Shown piece after piece: positions 37,940 through 47,615 of a stretch of 64,000 nucleotides of DNA. Each line of letters opens with the position of its first letter. Position 1 is the first letter of the stretch. The notes beneath the pieces were generated by a model. That model did no database searches, was not told the origin of the DNA, and was given only the letters and a program-made list of their open reading frames with translations. The stretch comes from Lentisphaeria bacterium (GTDB taxonomy: Bacteria > Verrucomicrobiota > Lentisphaeria > JABSQK01 > JAWLHB01): NCBI GenBank assembly GCA_041690595.1, contig JAWLHB010000018.1:1-64000 (forward strand), read 5' to 3'. A program made the position numbers and the translations under genes.

Positions 37940-38165
37940 CACCAGTTTGTGAACAGTTCCTTCATGATAGTAGTGTTTAAATTATTTAAACCAGTCCCTA
38001 TCAGTATACCCTGTGGATATGTTAATGGAAGTCGCAACATACTGGTAATGCGTAGTTTACGGAGCAGTTTGCCTGTTGGGAAAGTACTCGGCAACCCGGC
38101 AGCAACATGAGGATAAGTGTTGTTAAGAGGATATGAAGACTCTATTAACAGCTTCTTCACATGGT
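37940..38165. other. Putative replication origin (DnaA-box cluster plus AT-rich unwinding element)
   Basis: DnaA-box-like 9-mers TGTGAACAG 37948, TGTGGATAT 38012, TGAGGATAA 38108, TGTTGTTAA 38118, CTATTAACA 38142 and TTCTTCACA 38153. AT tract TTTAAATTATTTAAA at 37976-37990. Directly upstream of dnaN. Confidence 0.68.
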
Positions 38166-38176
38166 TGCTGCCCCCC

Positions 38177-39583
38177 TCAGGAGGTGCGGGTGAGAAGCAC
38201 CATCGTCTGGTCATCATTCTGAACGGAAGCCTGTGTAAACGTTCGTACGGCGGTCAGAATCCCCTCCGTTGCCTGCTGCGGATCGAGCGGCTGTTGCTTC
38301 CACGCCTGGATGAGCCGATCCAGCCCGAACTCCTCGTTCTTGTCGCTGAGCGCTTCCGTGATGCCGTCCGTGAAGAGTAGAATACTCGACCCGGGTGGCC
38401 AGGAAAAGGAGAAGGTGTCGTACTGCGGGTCCAGATCTTCCGGGAGGAGTCCGAGCGCCGGTCCTTCCGGCGAGATTACCTGGATCTCTCCCTTCGTCGT
38501 TCGGATCAGCAGCTCCGTGTGCCCCGCCCGCGCATACTCGATCGTGTTGTCCTTCTTGTCCACCAGGCAGCAAGCCATGGTGATGAACTGCGGTTCGTCC
38601 GTATCCGTGAAGAGATTACGGTTCAACTCCTTCATCAGCCCTTCCAGATCGCGCCGATACCGGAAGGCATTGCTCCGCAGGAAGCTGCGGCACATCGCCA
38701 TCAGCATGCACGCCGGCACTCCCTTCCCGCTGGCGTCGGCAATCACCACCAGTACATTGTCCTCATCCAGCGTAATGAAGTCGTAGAAGTCGCCGCTCAC
38801 TTCCCGCGCCGGGATGTTGACCGCATTGATCTTGAGCCGGCGGCTGTAAGGTGCCCGCGCCGGCAACAACGACTTCTGGATCTCCCGTGCAAGCTTCAGA
38901 TCCTGCTGAACCCGCTGCTGCATGGCAAGCTCTTCATACACCTGGATCAGCGTGCTACCCAACGCTACCTGGTTGGAAAGCGACTGCAGCAGGTAGGCGT
39001 CATCCTGGCTGAAGTGCCCGTTCTCCATCTGCTTGTCAATGGCGCAGATCACCCCGATGTTCCCTTCATCGATACTCATCGGTACCGCCAGAAAGCTCTG
39101 GATGCTGGCGTGGCCGCCGCCGCCGTCCAGCTGGTGTTCCAGGATCGGCTGACCGCCCAGAATGACTTCCCCAAGACGCGATTCGTTCAAATCCACGCTC
39201 GACGCGTTCAGATCGTGCAGCAGCCGACTGCCGCTCGACTGCGTATCCTGTTGATTCACGCTCGGAAGCCGGCCCGTCTTCGCCACCGCGCGAAGAAGCG
39301 TATCTCCTTCGAGCGAATAAATCACCAGGGCTCGCGCGTGAATGGCTGCCGCTACGTAGCTGGCCACAAGCTGCAGCCAGCGCGTCGAATCGTTCGTCGT
39401 CACGATGCTGTTCGCAAACCGATTCAGAAAGCTGACCACCTCCTCGCGGTCCGAACGCGCCCGCGCTTCCCGACGCAGCATCCGCTTGAGCCGTTTCAAC
39501 AACGTGAAATGAAGCACGGTCAACAGCCCGAGGATGACTGTCATCGCCCCTAATGTCCCTATTGTCCAGATAAAGGTATCCAC
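38177..39583 (-). CDS. Membrane-anchored GAF + PP2C (SpoIIE/RsbU-like) Ser/Thr phosphatase
   Basis: N-terminal TM, GAF, LAREIQKSLLP, VSGDFYD, IADASGKG, FTDGITE and DDQT; GTG start. Confidence 0.92.
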   Translation of the reverse strand: MDTFIWTIGTLGAMTVILGLLTVLHFTLLKRLKRMLRREARARSDREEVVSFLNRFANSIVTTNDSTRWLQLVASYVAAAIHARALVIYSLEGDTLLRAVAKTGRLPSVNQQDTQSSGSRLLHDLNASSVDLNESRLGEVILGGQPILEHQLDGGGGHASIQSFLAVPMSIDEGNIGVICAIDKQMENGHFSQDDAYLLQSLSNQVALGSTLIQVYEELAMQQRVQQDLKLAREIQKSLLPARAPYSRRLKINAVNIPAREVSGDFYDFITLDEDNVLVVIADASGKGVPACMLMAMCRSFLRSNAFRYRRDLEGLMKELNRNLFTDTDEPQFITMACCLVDKKDNTIEYARAGHTELLIRTTKGEIQVISPEGPALGLLPEDLDPQYDTFSFSWPPGSSILLFTDGITEALSDKNEEFGLDRLIQAWKQQPLDPQQATEGILTAVRTFTQASVQNDDQTMVLLTRTS

Positions 39584-39685
39584 AAGCCTGGGGAAACTTT
39601 TTGGTGAGAGGATTTACATGGCGGCTACCGCGGCTAATATATCACCGCTCACTCTCGTATCTGCACGTCTCCCCATTTTTTGCCC

Positions 39686-41362
39686 ATGCTTTCGCACCTT
39701 CTTATCAAAAACCTCGCCCTGATCGAGGAGCTGAACATCGATTTCAGCTCGGGCCTGAATATTGTCACCGGCGAAACCGGCGCCGGCAAATCGATCATCA
39801 TCGGTGCCGTCCAGCTGATTCTGGGCCAACGGGCCGAGAAGAGCCTCATCCGCGGCGGCGCCGAAAGCTGCGAAATCACCGGCATCTTCGAGTTGGCCGA
39901 CCGACCCGATGCCGTCGCCGAGGTCGACGCGGTGCTGCAGGCGGCGGGCGCGCCCCCATGTGACGATGGGCAGCTCATTGTGCGGCGCGTCATCACCGAC
40001 AAGAGCTCCAGAGCCTTTGCCAATGCAGCCCCGGTCACCGTCGCGGTCTTGAAGGAACTCGGCGACGTACTGATCGATGTGCATGGGCCATACGATCATC
40101 AATCCCTCCTCCGACCGGCAAGACAGTTGACCGTTCTCGATGCATTTGGCGATCTCGGCAAAGAGGTCGAGGCCTGCGCCGCTCTTCATGCCGTCCTCCG
40201 CCAGGTGCAGGAACGTATTCGTCAGAGCACCGAAGAGTTTGCCTCTCCGGACATGGTCGATCTGCTCCGCTTCCAGGTCAAGGAAATCGAACACGCGGCC
40301 CTGCGACCCGGCGAAGACGAGGAACTGGCCCAGCGCCATGCACGCGTCGCCAACGCCAGCGAGCTTCTCGAACTGGTCCAACGCGCCCATGCCGCCATCA
40401 GCGAACAGGAAGGTTGCCTGCAGGATCGACTGGGTGACGTGATCCGGGACATGCAGGAGGTCGAGCGCATGGATCCCGAAGGAGGCCATCGCTTTCTCCT
40501 CTCCCTCGAAGCCGCCAGCAACGAACTCCAGACGGTGAGCGAAGAAATGTCCTCATACCTGGAGGAGATCGAGGTCGACCCGCGCGAACTGGCCGAACTG
40601 GAAGAACGCATGGCCCTCATCCAGCGGCTAAAGCGTAAGTATGGCGGCAGCCTGGAGGAGGTCGCCGCCCATCTCGAAGCCGTCGTCGAGCGGCTGAGTC
40701 GGCTCGACGACCAGGGCGCCTGGCGCGAAAAGCTGCGGCGCGACGAGAAGGAGGCCGAAGCCGCCTTGCTCGAAGCCGCCCGCGCCTTGTCGCGTAAACG
40801 ACGCCGGGAAGCGCGGCGGCTGGCCCCCCTCGTGACCGAGAAGCTGCAGCGGCTGGGCTTCCCCGATGGCCAGTTCGATGTACAGATTGAAGATGCAGCC
40901 GTCGGCGCCCACGGTATGGATGCGGTCGAGTTTCAGGTGGCTCCCAACCCCGGCGAAGGAAGCGCCCCACTGCGCGTCATCGCCAGCAGCGGTGAAATCG
41001 CCCGCGTCATGCTCGCCCTCAAAACTGTTCTCACCGCCGCCGACCGCGTCCCCCTCTTGATCTTCGACGAGGTCGACGCCAACATTGGCGGCGTTGTCGC
41101 CTTGACAGTCGGCGCCGAGCTGAAGAAGCTGGGAACACAGCATCAGATCATCTGCATTTCCCATCTGCCGCAGATCGCGGCCGGCGGCGATCGCCACTTC
41201 CGGGTCGCCAAGATGGTGCGGGGGAAGCGCACCGTGGCAACCATGGATTGCCTCGATGGCGAAGCTCGCATTGACGAACTCGCCCGCATGCTCGGCGGTG
41301 AGGAATCCAGCAGCGTGGTACGAAAGCATGCCGCCGAGATGATCGACAAGGTCAGCCGTTAA
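39686..41362 (+). CDS. recN: DNA repair protein RecN
   Basis: TGETGAGKS, long coiled coil, ASSGEIAR, FDEVDANIGG and SHLPQIAA. Confidence 0.96.
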   Translation: MLSHLLIKNLALIEELNIDFSSGLNIVTGETGAGKSIIIGAVQLILGQRAEKSLIRGGAESCEITGIFELADRPDAVAEVDAVLQAAGAPPCDDGQLIVRRVITDKSSRAFANAAPVTVAVLKELGDVLIDVHGPYDHQSLLRPARQLTVLDAFGDLGKEVEACAALHAVLRQVQERIRQSTEEFASPDMVDLLRFQVKEIEHAALRPGEDEELAQRHARVANASELLELVQRAHAAISEQEGCLQDRLGDVIRDMQEVERMDPEGGHRFLLSLEAASNELQTVSEEMSSYLEEIEVDPRELAELEERMALIQRLKRKYGGSLEEVAAHLEAVVERLSRLDDQGAWREKLRRDEKEAEAALLEAARALSRKRRREARRLAPLVTEKLQRLGFPDGQFDVQIEDAAVGAHGMDAVEFQVAPNPGEGSAPLRVIASSGEIARVMLALKTVLTAADRVPLLIFDEVDANIGGVVALTVGAELKKLGTQHQIICISHLPQIAAGGDRHFRVAKMVRGKRTVATMDCLDGEARIDELARMLGGEESSSVVRKHAAEMIDKVSR

Positions 41363-42050
41363 GCGCGTTGCCCAGCGGGTCGTCCAGACGCAGCATGCTC
41401 TCCACGATGTACGGCTCTCCATATTCACAGCCAATCAGGCCCCCATAGTAGGCGGAGCGGCTGCGCATCATGTGATGGAACGAACCGCTGCCGATGACCG
41501 TCTTGCCTGACTTGAACTGGCTGCCGTACGCGTCGATCGCCGCGCATTTCGCTTCGAATTGCGCCGAGATGTCGATGATGAAGGAAGGTTTTACATCCTG
41601 GTACTCCGGATGAAAGATCAACCGGTGCGGCCGCCATGGAGGCGAGTCCGTGACGTAGCCGCCCGCGCCCGAAAAGAAATGAACGCTCCGGGCAAGCTCA
41701 CCGGTCGCCGTGTGATCGGGATGGCGGCAAGGAGGCAGGGGCGCCACCAGCAGCTTGGCGCGGGTTTGGCGGATCACCTCGACGATGGGCCGGCGGTGCT
41801 CGTCACAATCGCGCAGACCGCTGTCGGGGAGGCCCAGATTCCGCCGCCACCGCAACTGCAGGATCTCATTCGCACGGGCGGTTTCCTCTTCTCGTTGTTC
41901 CACCGAGCCGGTCGTTGCCGCTTCACCGCGGGTAAGGTCGAGCACCCCGACGCGATAACCGGCCTGCACCATCTTCAGAATGGTGCCGCCGCAGTAGAGT
42001 TCGGCATCGTCGGGATGGGCACTCAGGATGAGGTAGTCGAGTTCCTGCAT
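41352..42050 (-). CDS. bshB1: Bacillithiol biosynthesis deacetylase (PIG-L family)
   Basis: AHPDDAELYCGGT, DLTRGE..T.G and RHPDH motifs; adjacent to bshC. Confidence 0.87.
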   Translation of the reverse strand: MQELDYLILSAHPDDAELYCGGTILKMVQAGYRVGVLDLTRGEAATTGSVEQREEETARANEILQLRWRRNLGLPDSGLRDCDEHRRPIVEVIRQTRAKLLVAPLPPCRHPDHTATGELARSVHFFSGAGGYVTDSPPWRPHRLIFHPEYQDVKPSFIIDISAQFEAKCAAIDAYGSQFKSGKTVIGSGSFHHMMRSRSAYYGGLIGCEYGEPYIVESMLRLDDPLGNALNG

Positions 42051-42060
42051 AGGTTGGCCG

Positions 42061-43617
42061 TTATTGGCTGGTAGTGATCAGATAGTGCCGCGGCTCCATG
42101 GGATCGAAGCTCTCCACCAGGCGGAGCGGAAAATCCGCGCCCTGCGACTCGATGAAGTGAAAGATGTTCAACACCCGCTCCTGCAGCGTATTCCGGGGCA
42201 GGACGACGGCAAAGAATCGGTCGAGCCGGTCGTTGCCGATGCCGGCGGCTGACAGGTAATCGCGGTGGGTCTTCTTGCGCAGTGACTGCAACTGCACCTT
42301 GAACGAGTGTCCGTAGCTCTCGAAGCGGCGATCGTGCACGGGTGACTGCAACTCCCGCCGAAGATCGTCGAAGAGGCGTGACAACGCTTCTTCCGCGCGG
42401 TCGAATGCCTGCCGGTCGTGCTCCGGGAGATTGCGGCGCCAGTAAAGTGGCCGCGGGCCGCGAAAGTAGTCGTCGGGTGTCAGGTGCAGTTTGTCCGCAA
42501 GCTTGGCTTCCCTGTCGGTAAGGATGGTCGCATGATTACGCGGATGGATTATCGGCATCTCCGTGCCGAAGAGGTCGAAGAGCGGCTGAAGCTGCAGGTG
42601 GTAGCGATATTCACTGGGGCCCGCCACGTAAGCGAGGGTCGGCAACTGCTGCGTCTGCAGAATCGGGCGAAGGAAGGCGCCCGTCGAGAAGGAATCGGGC
42701 TTCTCCCCTATCTCCCGGATGACATCGTCTGCTTCAAGCCACCGGTTGTGGAGGTTCAACTGCCCATGGCGCTCCAGTACGTTCCCACGATGGCCAGCCT
42801 CGTCCAGATGAAAGAGGCCGAAGCCGGAGTTGGCATCGAACGCCGGCTGCACATCGAAGGGGGCCAGGCGCTGCGCACCCACGGTCAGCGCCTGACGGAT
42901 GGCTCCCCGCTCCGAAACGACCTGCTGCAGAAAGCTGACGGCCAAGGGGCGCAACAGCCTGGGCTCGAGGATGATCAGCCCGCTTCCCCGAAAGAGACGC
43001 GCAATGACAGCCGAGCTGTAGAGGCCGTAGTTGTCGAAAGCAGGCGCCGTAAGCGCGGCGATTTCGTCATGGTGGGCCGTATACGGAACCTGCTGGAGAT
43101 ACGTCGCGAGCAACTGAGTGACCGCCGGATCCACGCTCAGCGCTTCCGCCGCCACTCCAGCGTGCGCAAACTCCGCTCGCCATTCCCGCCCCGGATGGTG
43201 AAAGCTCGCCACTTCGCTCAGGTCGTGATCCTCCGTCGCGTTCCAGTAGATCGGCACCACCGGGAGACCCAACTGCCGCCCCGCCTGGCGCGCCAGGCGA
43301 ATCGTCGTCGCAATCTTGTAAATCGTATACAGAGGGCCGCTCAGAAGCCCGGCCTGCTGACCAGTCACCACGCTCAGCGCACCGTGCGCCAGTTGGCGGC
43401 AGTTGGCCAGCGCCGATTCATCATTGTCGATGCTCTGATTGTACGCCGTCAGGACGGCGGCCACCTTCTTCATCCGCGGCGGCGCTGCCAGGATCGACTC
43501 CGCGCGACGGGCCAGCGTCGTCGGAGTCGCCAGGCGCCACGGCATCAACTCATCGAGCCGCGGGTGATCCAGCAACTCGGTGGGCAGCAACGGCCGTTGA
43601 AGTAGTTGAATCTGCAT
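42061..43617 (-). CDS. bshC: Bacillithiol cysteine-adding enzyme
   Basis: VVTGQQAGLLSGPLYTIYK, YWNATEDHD..E, LPTLAYVAGPSE..Y and LQERVLN. Confidence 0.93.
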   Translation of the reverse strand: MQIQLLQRPLLPTELLDHPRLDELMPWRLATPTTLARRAESILAAPPRMKKVAAVLTAYNQSIDNDESALANCRQLAHGALSVVTGQQAGLLSGPLYTIYKIATTIRLARQAGRQLGLPVVPIYWNATEDHDLSEVASFHHPGREWRAEFAHAGVAAEALSVDPAVTQLLATYLQQVPYTAHHDEIAALTAPAFDNYGLYSSAVIARLFRGSGLIILEPRLLRPLAVSFLQQVVSERGAIRQALTVGAQRLAPFDVQPAFDANSGFGLFHLDEAGHRGNVLERHGQLNLHNRWLEADDVIREIGEKPDSFSTGAFLRPILQTQQLPTLAYVAGPSEYRYHLQLQPLFDLFGTEMPIIHPRNHATILTDREAKLADKLHLTPDDYFRGPRPLYWRRNLPEHDRQAFDRAEEALSRLFDDLRRELQSPVHDRRFESYGHSFKVQLQSLRKKTHRDYLSAAGIGNDRLDRFFAVVLPRNTLQERVLNIFHFIESQGADFPLRLVESFDPMEPRHYLITTSQ

Positions 43618-43631
43618 CCTGACGCATCCTT

Positions 43632-44381
43632 TCAGGCAATATCCAGAGGTGGCTTGTGACCGATGACGATCAGCCGCGGTGCATCGGGGGTGAAAGGCCG
43701 TCCGTCCGCCGCTCCGCAAAAGCGATCAATCACCAGACCGGCCGCCTCGGCAAAGGCAAGAAACTCATTCGGCCCATACAACTTCACGCTCTCCTGATAC
43801 GTGCGCGAGCCGAAGCTGTCTTCAATGGTGAGCGACTTGTCGATGGAGCTATTGACGATATCGATCCAGCGGCGCTGTGTCAAGGTGAAGTCAGGCGTAT
43901 GGCGAATATCCTGGGGAATCAGTGAGCGATATTCACGGCTCGCGTTCAGAAAGTCGAAGAGAAAGCCGCCACCCGGCCTCAACACCTTGTTGATCTGGTG
44001 AAAGACCGCCTCGTTTTCGGCGTCTGCGCGAAAATAACCGAAACTGGTGAAAAAGGAGAAGACGAAATCAAACGCCTGCCAGAAAGGGAGCCGACGCATG
44101 TCCGCACGGATGAGACGATCGGCAGTCGCCACCAACTCCTGCGCAGCCGTCAGCAGCGGCGCCGAAAGATCGACTCCATAGACATCGAGCCCATGATTGC
44201 GCAACACCGCAAGGTGACGCCCCGCTCCACAGCACAGGTCCAGGCATCGCGGACCTGCCCCCAGTGGAACCAGCGCCAGCAACTGCTCGAGCACCCGCTC
44301 CGCTTCCCCCAAATCCCGGTGGCGATAGATCCGCAGGTAATCCTCCGCAAAACTGCGCCTGTACCACTCTGCCTGCCCCAT
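43632..44381 (-). CDS. Class I SAM-dependent methyltransferase, candidate bacillithiol N-methyltransferase (NmbA-like)
   Basis: LDLCCGAGRH, GVDLS, ADMR and FTSFGYF motifs; first gene of the bshC-bshB1 operon. Confidence 0.8.
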   Translation of the reverse strand: MGQAEWYRRSFAEDYLRIYRHRDLGEAERVLEQLLALVPLGAGPRCLDLCCGAGRHLAVLRNHGLDVYGVDLSAPLLTAAQELVATADRLIRADMRRLPFWQAFDFVFSFFTSFGYFRADAENEAVFHQINKVLRPGGGFLFDFLNASREYRSLIPQDIRHTPDFTLTQRRWIDIVNSSIDKSLTIEDSFGSRTYQESVKLYGPNEFLAFAEAAGLVIDRFCGAADGRPFTPDAPRLIVIGHKPPLDIA

Positions 44382-44482
44382 CGGACCCTACCCTCTTGTC
44401 TGTCACCGACCCTGATTCTGGTCGGTGACAGACATTTCCCCAATCGTTTCAAGGCGCTGCATCGTCGTGAATGCAGCCGAGC

Positions 44483-44944
44483 CTAGTCGCGGCGACCCAG
44501 AATCCAGCCCAGCAACAGCGACGAAAGTGCCACGCCGCCGATGAACTGCCACGGCTTGTCATGCACGCTCTTGTCGACCTGCTTGGCCACTTCCACGGCT
44601 TTCTCCGCGCCCACATCCTTCGCGTGGACCGCCACTTCCTTTGCGTGAACCGCCGCTTCCGTGGCACGACACTTGGCGCTGTTCAGCTTGGCTGTGACAC
44701 CGCTCTCCGTCTCCTTCACGACTGTCTTCAGGTTGCTGTATTTCTCCGCGATCAGCAGCTTGAGCGCATCGCGCTTGTCCACCGCCACTTCTTCAAGCAG
44801 GTGCAGAGCTTCACGCACCTTCTTCTTGTCGACTTCATTCAACTCAGCGGCTGATACGCCCGCTGCCGCGGGAGACATGGGGGCGGCGACTGTGCCGCCT
44901 GGTTGATTCTCGATCTCCATGTTTTTTCCTTCATCATTTGGCAT
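44483..44944 (-). CDS. DUF883/ElaB/YqjD family tail-anchored protein
   Basis: Helical body ending VHDKPWQFIGG...LLGWILGRR; AAAAGGAG RBS. Confidence 0.85.
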   Translation of the reverse strand: MPNDEGKNMEIENQPGGTVAAPMSPAAAGVSAAELNEVDKKKVREALHLLEEVAVDKRDALKLLIAEKYSNLKTVVKETESGVTAKLNSAKCRATEAAVHAKEVAVHAKDVGAEKAVEVAKQVDKSVHDKPWQFIGGVALSSLLLGWILGRRD

Positions 44945-45055
44945 GGTGACTCTCCTTTTATGGGGTTGAGGTTGAGCGGGAGGTACACTATTCGCCCGTC
45001 ATGCTACTATACCCACCTCTCTACACGCTAAGCAAGTAATCGCGGAACGATGCCA

Positions 45056-45511
45056 TCAACTCTTGCCGCGGCGAAAGAAAAAGGAAAACCAACTGGTGCG
45101 CCGGCGGGGCGGTATGTCGCCGGCCGCCGTCTCGAAGTGAGTCTGCGACTGCCCCGAATCCAGCGCCTCTTCCGCAACTGCCGGCTGAACCTCCACGTCG
45201 TTGAGGATCAGCCGGTCAGGTGAGCGCCGATACTCGAAGACATCCTCGCCGATCGCCATCCGTGAACCCAGACGCAGAAAATGATGCTGACCCCGAAGCC
45301 GGCGCCCTTCACATTTCGTCCCATTGGTGCTGTTGAGATCTTCAAGCAACAGGCGCGAGCCATCCAGCGATACCCGGCAATGATACCGGGAAGCCTTCGC
45401 TTCCAGCAGACGTACCTCGCTGTCCGGCGCCCGGCCCAACGTGATCTTGCCTGTTCGAAGCTCAAACTGAACGCCCTTGTCAGGCCCTGCTGTACATACC
45501 AGCCATGGCAT
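45056..45511 (-). CDS. FHA-domain protein
   Basis: Canonical LGR, SRYH and DLNSTNGT pThr-binding residues. Confidence 0.88.
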   Translation of the reverse strand: MPWLVCTAGPDKGVQFELRTGKITLGRAPDSEVRLLEAKASRYHCRVSLDGSRLLLEDLNSTNGTKCEGRRLRGQHHFLRLGSRMAIGEDVFEYRRSPDRLILNDVEVQPAVAEEALDSGQSQTHFETAAGDIPPRRRTSWFSFFFRRGKS

Positions 45512-45623
45512 CGTTCACCTGTCCCTGGATCACTAAATGGCGTAATCTATACGATTTGAAAGTGAATGCAATAACCACCTCATCCACTTCCATGGCCCGC
45601 CACCTTCAAGAACCGCGCACAAA

Positions 45624-47582
45624 TCATGCCGCCACCCCCCCGGACGGTGGGCAGGCATGCGTCGAACCGACATTTCCTGACGGCAAGGCCGGTGACGGTT
45701 TCCGCACCGGCCGCGAAGCTGGTTCCGATGCCAAGGATGCCGCGCCGATAACATTCTCTCCACAAAACTGGCAGGGCTCGTGCCGCTTCCCGTTCCGGCC
45801 GGCGAGCAGCTGGGTGATCGCCTTGTTCAGTGCTTCTCCCGTAATGGGTTTACTCAGCAGCAGATCCGCCATGGTCTCTTCTCCGGCCGCCTTCATGAAC
45901 TCACCGAATCCCGTCAGCATGATGATCGGCTGCGTCACGCTCTGTCGGCGGATAGCGGCAATGAGCTGCTCGCCGTTCATGTCCGGCATGGCCAGATCCG
46001 TGATTACGACGGCGAACCTGCCTTCCTCGTACAACTCCAGCGCCTGCTTCCCGGAGACGGCCATGCTGACCGCGAAGCCCATCTCCGACAACGTGGCCCG
46101 GAGACCACGGCACAACAACTCGTTGTCGTCCACCACCAGCAGCGGAGTGCCCCGGTGGTCATACGGCGTCGGTTCAATCGGATCCCTTGGTGGCCGGGCT
46201 TCTTCGGCCAAAGCGGGAAACAGCATGGACATCGTCGTTCCGCGGCCCATTTCGCTGCGAATATCCAGCTTCCCCGTATGCCGCCGAATGGTTCCATTCA
46301 CCGTGGCCAGACCCAGACCTGTACCCTGCACCCCCTTGGTCGTAAAGAAGGGCTCGGTACATTTGTTGATTGTTTCAGCGGTCATGCCGATACCCGTGTC
46401 GATCACCTCCGCGGCTACCCGCTCCTCCCGGTCCGCTGTGCGCACGGTCAGCGTGCCGCCATGCGGCATGGAGTCCACCGCATTGCCAATCAGGTTGATC
46501 AGTGCCTCGCGCAGCTCCGACTCGCAACCGGCGATGCGACGGGTGGTCTGGAGCCTCCTCTCGACGCAAATCGTTACCCCCTTGGCTTGGGGCTGACTTT
46601 CCCAGCGGGGGCGGCTCAACTCGATGGTCTGATCCACCAGCGCATTCAGATCGATGACCGTGACCGCGTCCTGGACCTCACGGTAGCGATAGAACTCCCG
46701 CATCCGGTTGACCACCGCAGTGGCATCCTTGACCGCTGTCTGGATCAACCCAAGGTAGCTTCGCCGCTTATTCGGTGTAAGCCTGTCGTCCCAGTCAAGC
46801 AGCATCTCTGAATAGCCGCAGACGACCGCCAGAGCGTTGTTGAAGTCGTGGGCTATGCCACTGGCCATCTGCCCGAGCGCCTGCAATCTCTCCTGCTGGA
46901 TCACTTGCTGTTGAGAATCCTGAAGCGCCTTCAGCGCACTCTCGCGTTCCTGATTGGACTGCTCCAACTCGACGTGAGATTTGCGCAGCTCACCTTGGTC
47001 GTGGATACGTTGGGTGATGTCCCGGCCGATCGACTGAACGTAAAGCAACTGCCCCCTTCCATCGACCACCGGAATGTCCGTCCACTCCATCCAGGCAGCT
47101 TCCAACCCGCCACGATCGACTTGATGGATATGGCTTCGCGGATGACCCGAGGCCACAATCTCGGCGGCGGCTTCAAAGACACTTGCGCGTTTGCTCGTCG
47201 GCACCAGGTCCAGCCAACGCCGGCCCAGCAGCTTCTGGGGGCTGGTCACGAAAAGGTCCGCGTACCGCTCGTTGACGAATGTCAGCGTCGTGTCGGGCAG
47301 CCAACAGCAGATGGGATCCGGCAGCTTCTCCACCATCGCCCGGTAACGCTCTTCCTGTCGCCGCGACTTGCCCAGAAAAAACCTGGCCATCGAGTGGATG
47401 ATCAAGACCGAGATTGACACGTAGAGGAGGTCGAATACGAGGACAACCGAGAACACCTCGCTCGATACCCGCGTCGCCCTGAGTAGCACCAGATTGGCGC
47501 CACCCAGAACCACAAGGCCGATGATGACGTAAGATCCAGCCAGCCAGCCAGTAGCTCGGCGCGTAGTGGTGATGAGCGGCAT
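45624..47582 (-). CDS. Membrane-bound PAS hybrid histidine kinase
   Basis: Two N-terminal TMs, PAS/PAC, SGIAHDFNN, N/G boxes and C-terminal REC (VITDLAMP). Confidence 0.92.
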   Translation of the reverse strand: MPLITTTRRATGWLAGSYVIIGLVVLGGANLVLLRATRVSSEVFSVVLVFDLLYVSISVLIIHSMARFFLGKSRRQEERYRAMVEKLPDPICCWLPDTTLTFVNERYADLFVTSPQKLLGRRWLDLVPTSKRASVFEAAAEIVASGHPRSHIHQVDRGGLEAAWMEWTDIPVVDGRGQLLYVQSIGRDITQRIHDQGELRKSHVELEQSNQERESALKALQDSQQQVIQQERLQALGQMASGIAHDFNNALAVVCGYSEMLLDWDDRLTPNKRRSYLGLIQTAVKDATAVVNRMREFYRYREVQDAVTVIDLNALVDQTIELSRPRWESQPQAKGVTICVERRLQTTRRIAGCESELREALINLIGNAVDSMPHGGTLTVRTADREERVAAEVIDTGIGMTAETINKCTEPFFTTKGVQGTGLGLATVNGTIRRHTGKLDIRSEMGRGTTMSMLFPALAEEARPPRDPIEPTPYDHRGTPLLVVDDNELLCRGLRATLSEMGFAVSMAVSGKQALELYEEGRFAVVITDLAMPDMNGEQLIAAIRRQSVTQPIIMLTGFGEFMKAAGEETMADLLLSKPITGEALNKAITQLLAGRNGKRHEPCQFCGENVIGAASLASEPASRPVRKPSPALPSGNVGSTHACPPSGGVAA

Positions 47583-47615
47583 AGTAGTGAGTCCTGAGTT
47601 AAGGGTTCAGTTTGG

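Noticed and set aside
37864..38217. 117-aa ORF upstream of dnaN
   Set aside because: AT-rich with atypical codons; it coincides with the DnaA-box cluster.
45040..45058. Sigma54 promoter for the DUF883 gene
   Set aside because: TGGCATCGTTCCGC has N9 spacing and no TTGC.
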